From the NCBI GenBank assembly GCA_002352545.1, contig DEIO01000017.1, positions 4,631-68,630 on the forward strand: a stretch of DNA of 64,000 bases, in the 5' to 3' direction. The notes beneath the pieces were generated by a model. It saw only the letters and a program-made list of their open reading frames with translations. It had not been told where the DNA came from and did not search any database. This document shows positions 38,374-49,200 of this stretch, piece by piece. The stretch's first letter is position 1. Each line of letters begins with the position of its first letter. The position numbers and the translations under genes were made by a program. Source of the stretch: Patescibacteria group bacterium UBA2772 (GTDB lineage: Bacteria; Patescibacteriota; Minisyncoccia; Moranbacterales; DUUL01).

Positions 38374-39900
38374 TTATTCTTTTTTAAATAAAACATTTCC
38401 CTCTTTATCAATAATACTTTGATCCTGAACCTTGCTAGAAGTATCTTCTTTTTTTTCATTTTGACTTTCAAAATAATCCAACGTTTCATGTGATAGACAG
38501 GCTATGATATCAAAAGATTCGTTTGTTTTTTTCATCGTTTCCAATGTTTCTTCTGTAGCTTCTTTTGAGTATTTTACTTGAGCGTTTAGTTTAGAAGCTA
38601 GATCATCAAGTGTAAAAATTTTAGGATCTTCAGAGACGCTAATTAAAGTATTTTCCGATGGACAAGTAGGGAGATTTTTTATGTTAGGATTAAAAATTGG
38701 ACGATACCCTAAGTTATTGATGGATAGTTTAATTTTATGATAATCTTTTTTTCTTTCTAGTACAACAATAATTTTTGCATTTTCTTTTTTTATCTCCTCT
38801 TCTTTTCTTTTTATTTTTTCAAGATCAAATATATTCTCGGATAATTCGTGAATTTGTTTGAAATTTTTTGTTTTAGGGACGAGAACATATGCCATAACAC
38901 CTCCCATTTTTACATGAGTTGACCCTAGGAGTGAGTCATGACTCCATGCATCTAGAACTTTCGATGTAGTTTGGTAGATATTAATTTTATTAGCAAGTTC
39001 TATGAAGGCAGGAAGTTCAGTTAATTGGATGTCGGTTCTTAGATGTTCTCCAAGTGTGTCAATAATACTTCCTATTTTTGCTGGATGTGCAATTGTTTCT
39101 AGTGAAAAAGTTTTCTTTTTAGCAGCAGCGATTACTTGTTGTTGTCTTGCAGCTCTTCCAAAATCACCACCTTTGATATGTCTAACCCTTGCATATTTAA
39201 GTGCATTTTCAGCGTCTAAATGCTGAAATCCTTTTTCTATTTCAAATGTTTCATACGAATAATTTGGACCAGGATATTTACTGTCGTAAATATCATCTTT
39301 TACTTCTACATCGATGCCATCAAGTTCTTCTATTACACTCTTGAAGCCTGCAAAATCTAAAGTTAAGTAGTAGTGTACTTTTTGGCCAGTAATGTTTTGA
39401 ACAACGCTCTTTATATTGCTCATTGACTCACTACTAGAGAGGGATTTATTTTTTTTAGAAAAAGTGTAAATTGCGTTTATCTTGGTATGATAGTTGTTTG
39501 TTTTTGGAATTTTTACATAAAAATCTCTTGGAATCGATAACATTGCTGATTTGTACGTTTTGTTGTTTATAGAGACCAATATAATAGTATCAGTTAGATA
39601 CTGAGACTTGTACCCTTCGCCACTCATACCTAAAAGTAATATGTTTGTTCTGTCGTTTCCATCATCTCTTAGTGGAATCTTATCATTTATTATAAGTGTT
39701 TTCGCTGTCTGAATAAAGCCCTTGGTTTCTATATTTTCCTCATTCTCTGTTTGAGCTATCTCTACCATGTTTTTTTCCATTTTGTATAGTTTGCATCCAA
39801 TGTACCCAGCATACAAAATAAATGGAAAAACCATTAAACAAAAGAGTCTAATAAGAAAACTTTTCCAAACAATTTTTATTTTAGTTTTTTTTGACATCAA
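38374..39900 (-). CDS. LCP (LytR-CpsA-Psr) family protein with extended C-terminus
   Basis: N-terminal TM helix, then NILLLGMSGEG...LTDTIILVSIN...LSIPRDFYVKIP and RVRHIKGGDFGRAARQQQV. Confidence 0.85.
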   Translation of the reverse strand: MMSKKTKIKIVWKSFLIRLFCLMVFPFILYAGYIGCKLYKMEKNMVEIAQTENEENIETKGFIQTAKTLIINDKIPLRDDGNDRTNILLLGMSGEGYKSQYLTDTIILVSINNKTYKSAMLSIPRDFYVKIPKTNNYHTKINAIYTFSKKNKSLSSSESMSNIKSVVQNITGQKVHYYLTLDFAGFKSVIEELDGIDVEVKDDIYDSKYPGPNYSYETFEIEKGFQHLDAENALKYARVRHIKGGDFGRAARQQQVIAAAKKKTFSLETIAHPAKIGSIIDTLGEHLRTDIQLTELPAFIELANKINIYQTTSKVLDAWSHDSLLGSTHVKMGGVMAYVLVPKTKNFKQIHELSENIFDLEKIKRKEEEIKKENAKIIVVLERKKDYHKIKLSINNLGYRPIFNPNIKNLPTCPSENTLISVSEDPKIFTLDDLASKLNAQVKYSKEATEETLETMKKTNESFDIIACLSHETLDYFESQNEKKEDTSSKVQDQSIIDKEGNVLFKKE

Positions 39901-39922
39901 TTGTTTTAGTAAGATAAATAAC

Positions 39923-41083
39923 TCAAATAAAAAAGACTAATAAAAAATTTATTCCTGTAATAATAAAAGCTAAATTTATTTTTGATAAGAAGAGCATAGA
40001 GATTAGTAGAAGGGAGATTTTTCCAATTGTGATTGGAATTTCACGAAAAATAATAAATTCATCTAAATACTTTTCTTTTCTAGCAAGTCTATATGTTTCT
40101 GCAGTATGCGGAACAGAAAACATGATAACAAAAAAACCAGAAAATACCGATAAAATATAAATCATCACAGAATTTTCTGCAAAGAATTTTGTAATCCAAA
40201 TAATAGATAACATTAAAGCTGCTATTTTTATAAAATTCTTTCTGTTTTTCCGATCAGCTTTGTGTCCCATGAAAAGAGAAAAAATAACAGTACCAACACC
40301 AAGTAATGTTCCAATTACTCCAACAGAGAATTGATTTTTTAATACAAGAAAAACAAATAAAGGCCAAATGACAGATTCAGTTGTTCCTCCAATAATTTCT
40401 GAGCAAGTTAAGTAATAGTGTTTTTTGTATTTTTTAATAAGTTTGAGGCCTCTTTTGAAATTGAAATTAATATGAGGTTTTATTTCAGGAGTATATAACA
40501 GCAATCCAATTGGAATTAATAATAGGAATATTCCAACCACAAATAAGACTTCAAAATTAAATACAAGTGTAATTGTTCCACCGATAAGTGGTGCTAACAT
40601 TCCTGCGATGTGTTGGAATGAGATAAGCTTTCCTACCTGAGAGTTCCTACTGCCTTTTTTTGTGGAGCGTGCGAAAAGTGAATGCATTGGCACCCAATAA
40701 AGAGCTGCTTGTGCTCCACTTAAAATAGCAAGACCAAAGAAGAAAAACATATTAGGAAAGGAATTCAGTACTGGCAAGAGCAATAGATAAATCAAAGAAA
40801 GAGGTAGACTTATGAGCATGGTGTGTTTTAGCCCAAGTTTGTTTGCGATCGAACCTACAAAAAAGTTTGTTAATAAAATTGCAACTTGCCTAGCTATGAA
40901 ATAAAGAAAGACAAATGGTATTGAAAAATCTATAGTTAAGAGATATATGGGAATAAAAATTTCAAATAAAGAAAAAACAAATCCTCTTATAGAATGAATT
41001 AAATAAATTCCATTTATATCTTTTTTTAACCCTTCCATGCAATGAGGGACATGAGTGTGTATGTGATGATGAAATGCGTGCAT
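39923..41083 (-). CDS. MFS-type transporter
   Basis: About 12 hydrophobic helices. The ORF begins with His-rich MHAFHHHIHTHVPHC. An alternative start at MEGLKK is possible. Confidence 0.7.
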   Translation of the reverse strand: MHAFHHHIHTHVPHCMEGLKKDINGIYLIHSIRGFVFSLFEIFIPIYLLTIDFSIPFVFLYFIARQVAILLTNFFVGSIANKLGLKHTMLISLPLSLIYLLLLPVLNSFPNMFFFFGLAILSGAQAALYWVPMHSLFARSTKKGSRNSQVGKLISFQHIAGMLAPLIGGTITLVFNFEVLFVVGIFLLLIPIGLLLYTPEIKPHINFNFKRGLKLIKKYKKHYYLTCSEIIGGTTESVIWPLFVFLVLKNQFSVGVIGTLLGVGTVIFSLFMGHKADRKNRKNFIKIAALMLSIIWITKFFAENSVMIYILSVFSGFFVIMFSVPHTAETYRLARKEKYLDEFIIFREIPITIGKISLLLISMLFLSKINLAFIITGINFLLVFFI

Positions 41084-41252
41084 TAAAACAAGAAACTAAA
41101 TTATTTATTAGACAATGATATTATAACACGAAAAGAGTATAAGAATAAAAATATTATTTTAATATACTTATCGATGATTGTTAAATTGTTTAAAGTATCG
41201 TTTAATGGTATAATTTTTGCATAGAAAAAATAAAAATAAATTTTAAAAGCAC

Positions 41253-43709
41253 ATGGGTTTTTTGCTTTGGTATTGGACAGGAGGAGTTAAAGGTTATTTT
41301 GACATATGGGGTGATTTTCTTAAACATTTTTGGACAATATTTAGTGTACAGCATCTTTTTGCTACACTCTTTTCTCCTTGGAAAAAAGATCTTATGCCCA
41401 AGGATTGGATTGGATTCCATCCTCTTTTGGCTACACAGAGAATTGTAGTCAATGCAATTTTCAGATGTTTTGGTGCCGTTGTTCGTTTTGTTGTTGCGAT
41501 GATAGGTGTTGTTATAACGGGCTCAATTTTTGCTATTGGGCTTATCTTTTTTGTTGTCTGGGTTTTTTCACCAATAATTTTCATACTTTCAATTATTGGC
41601 ATGGTGTTAGGAACTAATCTTTATGGTGTAGTTTTGCTTTTGGAAATATTTTTCTTTATTGGTGCCATGTTGGCCTATTTAGAGCATAAAAAAGTTCCAT
41701 ACCATGAAATTTCTTTGAATAAATTGCCTAAATTTGCATGGTTTAAGAGAGTTGCACAAAGAATTGGAATTAATCCAAAAAATCTTAATTCTTCTGTATT
41801 GGCAGATAAAATACTTCTAGCAAAGTTATTAAAAGAGCATGATATGTCACTTGAGGAATTTGATTTGATTCTAAAGTGGGAGATTGATTTACAACTTGCA
41901 AAAGAGAGATCTAAAAAGTTTTGGTTAAGAGAAAATCTTAGAAAAACAACACCAATGGGAAAGGGTTGGGAGTATGGTTATACGGTAATAATTGATAGGC
42001 ATGCAATGGAATTGTCTAATTATGATCCAACTGAATATAATCTTGTTTTGCCTATCGGGTATGATGAAGAAATTGAAATGGCAAAGCTTGTGTTAACAAA
42101 AAATGAACAGAATAATGTTTTGCTTATGGGCGATGCGGGTGTTGGTAAGAAAGCAATAATGCATCATCTTGCAAAAGAGGTTTTACAAGGTAAAGCAGGC
42201 GAAGAATTGGATGAAAAAAGAATTATGCTAGTGGACTTAGGAAGTACAATTTCATCTGTGGTTAATAGCGGTGGAGACCCTGAACATGCTTTACATTCAC
42301 TTTTTCAAGAAGCAGCCTTTGCTGGAAACATAATTTTAGCCATTGATGATATTGGAAAATATCTTGATCCTGATAAAAAATCTTCAATTAATATTGCAGC
42401 TGTTATGGATCGCTATTTGGTGTTGCCAGATTTTCGAGTAATTGCGACTACAACAAGAAATGATTATCATACCTTAGTTGAAAAGCAAGAAGGAATAATT
42501 AAGAATTTTGATGTTGTGGAAATTGAAGAACCAAATAACAACGAAGCAATTAGAATTTTATTACAGAAATTTAGTCAAATTGAACACAATGTTGTTGTTT
42601 TTACTTTTCAAGCAATAAGGGAAATTGTTAGAAGATCTTCTCAACTTGGGAAAATCATGCCACTACCTGGGAGGGCAATTGGATTTGCTAATAATGTTTT
42701 GTTGTATTGGGAAAAAAATTATGCTCAAGAAGGGAAAAGAATTGGTGTGGAAGATGTTTTTCGTGTTATGAGTATTAAGACAGGGGTTAAACACGGACAG
42801 ATTAGTGAAGAAGAAAAAGAGAAGCTTATGAATATGGAGAAAATGTTACATTCTAGGGTGATTGGACAAGAAGGTGCTGTAACTCAAATTGCAAATTCGA
42901 TTAGAAAAATGCGTGCAGGGATAAGAAATATTAAAAAACCAGTTGGTAGTTTTTTGTTCTTGGGTCCTACTGGAGTTGGTAAAACAGAAACAGCCAAAGC
43001 TTTAGCAGAAGTTCATTTTGGGGACGAAGAGAGGATGATTAGAATTGATATGAGTGAATATAAAACACAAGAATCAATTGGTAGGTTGATTGGTTCTCAA
43101 GCCACAGGAGAAACAGGAATTTTAACTACTAAGACAAAAGACTCACCTTTCTCGTTAATTCTATTAGATGAAATCGAAAAAGCCCACAGTGATATTTTAG
43201 ATTTATTTTTACAAGTACTTGATGAAGGTTATATTACCGATGGTTTTGGTGAAAAAATAAGCTTCAGAGGTTCAATTATTATTGCTACATCTAACGCAGG
43301 AGCTCCACTAATTAAAGAATTGGTTGAAAAAAAGGTTGAAGCTGAAAAATTAAGAAAACAACTTGTTGATCATATTGTTAATAAGGGAATGTTTAGAGTT
43401 GAATTTTTGAATCGTTTTGATGCAGTTGTTTTCTTTAGAGCTCTTCAAAATGAGCAAATGGAAAAAGTGATAGAACTTATGTTGGAAAAATTTGCTAAAA
43501 GAGTTGGTAAGGAAAAAAATATTTCAGTACGTTTTGGTGATAAAGTTGTAAGTACTGTAATTGAAAAAGGTTATGATCCTGTGTTTGGCGCACGTTCTAT
43601 TAATCGATATATATCTGATAAAATAGAAGATACAATAGCAACTAAAATAATTACGCAAGATGTAAAAAGGGGAGGAGAAATTATTTTAACAGTGGATGAT
43701 TTTAGTTAA
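41253..43709 (+). CDS. Membrane-anchored double AAA+ (ClpA/B/C-like) ATPase
   Basis: Roughly 3-4 hydrophobic helices in the N-terminal ~150 aa. D1: Walker A GDAGVGKKA, Walker B ILAIDDIG. D2: GPTGVGKTETAKAL, LILLDEIEKAH, sensor FLNRFDAVVFF. No IGF/IGL ClpP loop or long M-domain seen. Confidence 0.8.
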   Translation: MGFLLWYWTGGVKGYFDIWGDFLKHFWTIFSVQHLFATLFSPWKKDLMPKDWIGFHPLLATQRIVVNAIFRCFGAVVRFVVAMIGVVITGSIFAIGLIFFVVWVFSPIIFILSIIGMVLGTNLYGVVLLLEIFFFIGAMLAYLEHKKVPYHEISLNKLPKFAWFKRVAQRIGINPKNLNSSVLADKILLAKLLKEHDMSLEEFDLILKWEIDLQLAKERSKKFWLRENLRKTTPMGKGWEYGYTVIIDRHAMELSNYDPTEYNLVLPIGYDEEIEMAKLVLTKNEQNNVLLMGDAGVGKKAIMHHLAKEVLQGKAGEELDEKRIMLVDLGSTISSVVNSGGDPEHALHSLFQEAAFAGNIILAIDDIGKYLDPDKKSSINIAAVMDRYLVLPDFRVIATTTRNDYHTLVEKQEGIIKNFDVVEIEEPNNNEAIRILLQKFSQIEHNVVVFTFQAIREIVRRSSQLGKIMPLPGRAIGFANNVLLYWEKNYAQEGKRIGVEDVFRVMSIKTGVKHGQISEEEKEKLMNMEKMLHSRVIGQEGAVTQIANSIRKMRAGIRNIKKPVGSFLFLGPTGVGKTETAKALAEVHFGDEERMIRIDMSEYKTQESIGRLIGSQATGETGILTTKTKDSPFSLILLDEIEKAHSDILDLFLQVLDEGYITDGFGEKISFRGSIIIATSNAGAPLIKELVEKKVEAEKLRKQLVDHIVNKGMFRVEFLNRFDAVVFFRALQNEQMEKVIELMLEKFAKRVGKEKNISVRFGDKVVSTVIEKGYDPVFGARSINRYISDKIEDTIATKIITQDVKRGGEIILTVDDFS

Positions 43710-43760
43710 ATAAATAGTGAAACTTTTTAAAAACAAAACTCCTTAAAAAGAGTTTTGTTT

Positions 43761-44366
43761 TTATTCTAAGAGTTTTTGGTAATATAAATCTACGTCACTA
43801 ATCCATTTTTGTACTCCGTAAGCACTGTGTGTTTTGCAGGAATATCCGCATTTCCAGACAATCATTTTTTTAGGTGTTGTGTATCCGGCAGTGTTTACTA
43901 AATAACTAATTCTTTTTCCAACGATATCGACAGCTTCTTGTCGTGAGGCAAAGCAAGAATGCCTTCCGTTTCCAAGTTGATTTGGTCCGCGATATCCCCA
44001 ATAATTAAAACATTCTTTGCCTTTATATTTTGGGGTTCTCTTGCCCCAGTTACTTTCTTTTTTTGCTATACTAACAAGAAAAATAGACACTAGCTTGTCT
44101 TGTTCCATGATATAGGGAATCATTTCTTCTATGGGGTACCCCCTAACCATTTTGTGAATTCTTTTTTCTAATTCTAGTTTTTCAATGTTTTCTATTTGTG
44201 CACTTTTATCAATATAAACTGTTTCTTTTTTAAATACCATATAATACCAAGTTCCAAAAAATATAAATAATAAAATTATCAAAGAATACATTAAAAAACG
44301 GTGTATTTTTTTTCTAGAAGAACTTTTTGTTTTATTTTGTTTTTTAGTATTTGTTTTTTGAAGCAT
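43761..44366 (-). CDS. Bitopic membrane protein with C-terminal four-Cys lysozyme-like domain (paralog C)
   Basis: 201 aa. Basic N-terminus, TM helix (FLMYSLIILLFIFFGTWYYMVF), then KESNWG...CFNYWGYRG...CF...VGKRI...WKCGYSC...KWISDV. Confidence 0.8.
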   Translation of the reverse strand: MLQKTNTKKQNKTKSSSRKKIHRFLMYSLIILLFIFFGTWYYMVFKKETVYIDKSAQIENIEKLELEKRIHKMVRGYPIEEMIPYIMEQDKLVSIFLVSIAKKESNWGKRTPKYKGKECFNYWGYRGPNQLGNGRHSCFASRQEAVDIVGKRISYLVNTAGYTTPKKMIVWKCGYSCKTHSAYGVQKWISDVDLYYQKLLE

Positions 44367-44409
44367 TTTTTATTTTAATAATAGCACATAAAGATTTTGT
44401 TAAAAAAAA

Positions 44410-44865
44410 TTAGTAGTGATATTCTCTTCCGTTTATAATATTTACCGAACGATAAATTTGTTCTAATAAAACTAATCGAGCCATTTCATGAGGAAGTGTC
44501 ATTTTTGATAAAGATAATTTAGGTAAAGCCAGTTCTTTAATTTCTTGGGAAAAACCAAGTGTACCAGCAACAATAAAAACAATGCATCCTTGGAGGGAAG
44601 ACAGTTGTTTGGCGAATGCTGGTGAATTAAATTCTTGTCCATGTTCATCTAACAGAAAAAAGGAATTATCTGAATTTTTTTTGATATAACCAAGTATTTT
44701 AGCACCTTCCTTTTCTTTTGTTTTTTGTTTATCACTTTCCCTCATAAAAGCAATTGCTGGTAGTTGAAGAATCTCTAGTTTACAGAAAGATCCTAGTCTT
44801 TTTATGTATTCATTGGTCAGATTTTTTATTTCACCTATGGCAACTATCTTTATATTTAAATGCAT
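44410..44865 (-). CDS. rlmH: 23S rRNA (pseudouridine1915-N3)-methyltransferase RlmH
   Basis: SPOUT-type 151-aa protein. IVFIVAGTLGFS...LSLSKMTLPHEMARLVLLEQIYR. Confidence 0.85.
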   Translation of the reverse strand: MHLNIKIVAIGEIKNLTNEYIKRLGSFCKLEILQLPAIAFMRESDKQKTKEKEGAKILGYIKKNSDNSFFLLDEHGQEFNSPAFAKQLSSLQGCIVFIVAGTLGFSQEIKELALPKLSLSKMTLPHEMARLVLLEQIYRSVNIINGREYHY

Positions 44866-44940
44866 AAAAGTATTTAATTGTTTTAGTCATTTTCTTGAGT
44901 ATATAGTATTTTGTATAAAACTATCAACTAAGAAAAGTAA

Positions 44941-44973
44941 ACGGACCTAACTCAAGATTTGAGATAGGTCCGT
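44941..44973 (-). terminator. Strong compound hairpin, probable terminator for a minus-strand transcript
   Basis: ACGGACCTA/TAGGTCCGT outer stem with inner CTCAA/TTGAG stem. On the minus strand it is followed by TTACTTTTCTT. Confidence 0.5.
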
Positions 44974-45278
44974 ATTTGAGGGCCCCTTCCCTCTAATGGC
45001 ACCGTATTATCGATAAAAGTGGCCGCTGCATTGAAAACCGTTGAGTTTGTTGCTGACAATGGTTGTGGTTACCATAATTCCTGTTTCGTCGGTATTTCCG
45101 ATGATGGCATTGTTTTTTTGCCGTTTACGGTAAAACCGTTGGACGAAAAGTTCTTGTGCATAAGCAATTTCTCCTCGATAAAATTGATGTTTGTGTAACA
45201 GATGTCACGCTTCAGATAAGGTACTGCAAGGTTGTTGGGTTTTTCCGAGCGCACAAAGGCACTTTGAAGTAATTTCAA
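44974..45278 (-). other. Unassigned segment: possible gene remnant or ncRNA
   Basis: Listed 69-aa ORF (TTG start) ends at a TAA, and the same frame stays open for 36 more codons up to the hairpin. No recognisable protein or RNA motif. Confidence 0.2.
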
Positions 45279-45440
45279 TTTTATTCCAGTTTAAAGTGTA
45301 GTTAATTGTCAAGTTTTTGTATATTTGCTTCATTCTAACTTAGTTTAGACATAAAATAATGAATGAGGGTGTTACTTTTTTATAAAAAGTTTGTTATAAT
45401 TATTATAGTGTAGTTTTCCAAATAAATAAGCACTGAAGAA

Positions 45441-46124
45441 TTGGAAAAAATGAATAGTATAAATGTAATCCTGACAGTTATCATGTTCACGCTTTTTGCT
45501 GTAGCAGGTCTTTTGGTTAAGTTTCCAGATAAAGGCGATGATTTGATGGTACAACTAGCTAAAGGGCAACTATTTTCAGAAGAAGGGATATATGCAGGAA
45601 ATGTTGAAAATATAGAAGGTACTCTTGAACAAAGAATACCAGATGGAGGTGGTTGGAAAAATGTAGCAGTTGGGGAAAGAATTATCTCTGGTATGGAGAT
45701 TAGAACTTTAGCTGATTCAAAAGCGATTATCAAATTTGATGATGGAAGTATTCTCAAGATGACTGAAGTTTCGCAGATTATTTTTGAAAATAAGTTGTAT
45801 CAAATCAATATAGAGGTAATTAACGGTTTTGTTTATAACGAAGTAGTGTTTTTTGCGTCTAGAAAATATAATGTAAAGACAGGTGATTACAAAATGGAAT
45901 CCACGGAAGGTATCTTTACTATAAATAAAGACTTTCAAGAAGATCCAGAGGTGTTAATTCTTGAAGGACGGATTGATTTATTTTTGCTGGAAGAGAAAAA
46001 AAATGAGTTTGCAAAAGATAGAAAACTTTTTTTAAGATCTGATTCGATTGAGGAACTTGATTTTTCAAAGAATGAACTGCAAAGCGAAGAGATGATTTGG
46101 AGTTTTGATAAAAGAGAAAAATAA
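45441..46124 (+). CDS. FecR-domain membrane protein
   Basis: N-terminal TM helix (INVILTVIMFTLFAVAGLLV; probable ATG start at 45450), then a FecR-like segment WKNVAVGERIISGMEIRTLADSKAIIKFDDGSILKMTEVSQIIF. Confidence 0.6.
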   Translation: MEKMNSINVILTVIMFTLFAVAGLLVKFPDKGDDLMVQLAKGQLFSEEGIYAGNVENIEGTLEQRIPDGGGWKNVAVGERIISGMEIRTLADSKAIIKFDDGSILKMTEVSQIIFENKLYQINIEVINGFVYNEVVFFASRKYNVKTGDYKMESTEGIFTINKDFQEDPEVLILEGRIDLFLLEEKKNEFAKDRKLFLRSDSIEELDFSKNELQSEEMIWSFDKREK

Positions 46125-46250
46125 AAAATACAAGCAAGCAAATTAGTGTGTTCAATGTTATATTCTCGATATTTTTGGATAAAGATGAGTATAACTTTGA
46201 GTATTATTAGTCTGTAATTTAAACAGTAGTTACTCACTGGCATTGTTTTT

Positions 46251-49200
46251 TTGTTTTATAAAAACAGAAGGTTAATAAGAATTTTAGCTAAAGTGGAACA
46301 AAAAAATAACAAAAAAAATAAAAGTTTATACAAAAAACCAAAAAAAGAATCAAGTATTCTTGGCATTTTTGGTTTGTTTCGCAGGAATAAAAAGGTAAAA
46401 AACAGATCAAAGATTGTTTCTAAGCCCCTTGTTGAGAAATCTACTGGTAGCAAACTTGATCAATTTTTGGAAATGCAAAGGGGGGGGAGAAGAGACAGAA
46501 CTGTTTTGGGTTGGAGATTTAGTTTTTTGAAAATTGCCTCTAAGTTTAAAGACTTTGTTTCTGTGGTATCAACATTTGTTTTTAGATTGTTGAAAGTATT
46601 AGTTTACAATTCAAGTTTATTGACTGGTTTAATTGTGGTTATTTTTCTTGTTAGTCCTCTTATTTCTGCAGCTCCACAGTCAAAGGTCATAACTTCTCAA
46701 AATGAATGGGAAAGGGGAGAGGTTTCAAATGTATCTACAACGAGTAAGACCGATTCTATTCAATTGAAGTCAGATGGAACTTGGACTGCACGTGCTTGGG
46801 CGCCAACCGAGGATACTATCGCTTATGGCTCCTCATCTGTTATTGTTGGAAATCACCTATACGTGATTAGAGGATATAGTGATAACGATCTTTATGTTTA
46901 TAATATAGGACTTAATGAATGGGAAGAGACAATTGACCTTCCACAGCCAGCATTTTATGGTGCGGATATTGCATATAATGGCACTGATAAGATATATTTT
47001 ATTTTTGGTGGATATTCAAAAGAGTTTTATTCCTATGATATTGAGAGTAAGAGCTGGGAAAGATTGCCAGAGCTTTTGGATTCTGTTTATTTAGGTGCTT
47101 CAATTGAGTTTGATGGCACAGATTTATATATCAATAGAGGAACGGTGTCGACTGATTTTTGGAAATTTGATATTTCAGAAAACAGTTGGTATAACTTAGC
47201 TCCCTCCCCAGCAACAATTTATCGAGGTGGTAATATGGTCTATGGGGAAAATGGAAAGATGTATGTATTAAGGGGTTATAACCGTGATACTTTTTGGGAA
47301 TATGATATTGCTTCCAATGAGTGGAACGTTCTAGCTGGAGCACCAGGGACATTCTATGGAGAGCAAAAAGGCCTCTATAGAGATGGTTATGTTTATTTTT
47401 TGCGTTCATATAATACTACAGGTTTTTATCGTTATAATATTGCAGGAGATTCTTGGGAGACACTTGAGAACACACCTTTAATAACAGACTATTCTTCATT
47501 GTCCTATGATTCTGATAATGATGAGATTTTTGTTATTAGAGCAGATGGTTCATATAATTTTTGGAAATTTGATCCAACAGAGGGCGCTACTGGCGACTGG
47601 ATAGGACCAGAAAATGTTCCAGGAACGGTTAATAGTGGTGGTGATCTAATTTGGAATGGTGTTTCTGGCGTTGGTAATTATGTTTATGTTGTTCAGGGAG
47701 ATGGAAGGACTGGATTTTTTAGATACGATGTCTCAAATAACACCTGGGACACAATGGCAAATATTCCGGCTACTATGGGATATGACACAAAAGGGACTTA
47801 TCATAATGGATATGTCTATATTGCAAGAGGGGATAATACTACTGGTAATTTTTACCGATATGACGTAGCAGGAGATTCATGGAGTACAATGGCAGTTGCA
47901 CCTGGAACTTTGCGTTACGGCTGTAGTGCAACATATAACGCTTCGGATGGATATATCTACATGACAAGAGGTAATGGGCAGGATGATCTTTATCGTTATG
48001 ATATTGCTGGTGATTTCTGGGTATCAATGGCTGAAATAGTTGCTGATGGAATTAGGTACTATGTTTATTCTGGAGGTAGATTGATTTCTGATGGAACTGA
48101 TTTATATTTGATGCCTGGTGATGGTGAGACTGCATTTTTGAAATATGACACAGCTGGTAATTCTTGGAGTACGCTTAGCAGAATGCCAACAGCTCAGTAT
48201 TATGGTACTGATATGACATATGATGGAAATGGTAAGATTCTAGCTTTGGGGGGAAACTACAAAGATCATACTTGGGAATACGATGTAGTCGGCGATATTT
48301 GGAGAGAATTGCCTTTTAATCAGAAATATGCATACGAAAGAGGAACAGGAACAGGTGCTTCCATTGAGTATGCAGGAAACAATTCCTTCTATGCTACACC
48401 TGGAAATGATTTGACCGATTTTTGGAGCTATACTGCGGGCACAAATAATTTTGTTTCTAATGGAACGTTCATAAGTGAAATATTGGACCTGGGACATGTT
48501 GAAAGTTGGATTTCATTAACCGCAAATGAAAACACACCTTCCAACACAGCTCTTTCATATGAAACAAGATCCTCAAATGATATGAACGGCTGGTCAATAT
48601 GGGAGTCGCTTTCTGGAACAGACATTCAGTCTCCAATGAGAAGGTATTTACAAATCAGAGTAACGCTGACAACTTCTGATGGAGTTAGTACCCCGACTGT
48701 GAATGATTTAACAATTTCATATAATAGCGAAGACGTTGACCCTACTAATCCAGTAACGATTATAGCTTCTTCTGCTAGAGTAGGTGGAGATATTCTAGTT
48801 TCCGGTACACCATATAAACACGCACACCCTTATCTTACTTGGTCTGAGGGTATTGATGCTGGTTCTAGTATCGAAGGTTACTATGTTTATTTTGGAGACA
48901 ATGATTCTGCTGATCCAGAGACAGATGGAATTTTCCAGACATCTACAAGTTTTTCTGTTAATTTAGCTATGGCGACAGGGGAATACTATCTTAGGATAAA
49001 AACAAAAGATAATGACGGGAATGTGACTGATGACGCATGGAGTGCTTTTACATACAACTATAGCGGAGTTTCACCATTTCAAGTTGAAACAAAAACTACA
49101 CAAGCCGATTTTGAAGAAGGAGCTGTTGAGGATATTTCAACTTCAAATGAACCAGACAAGCTACAGTTGGAAGGGGTTGACGGGTTTTGGCAACAAACGC

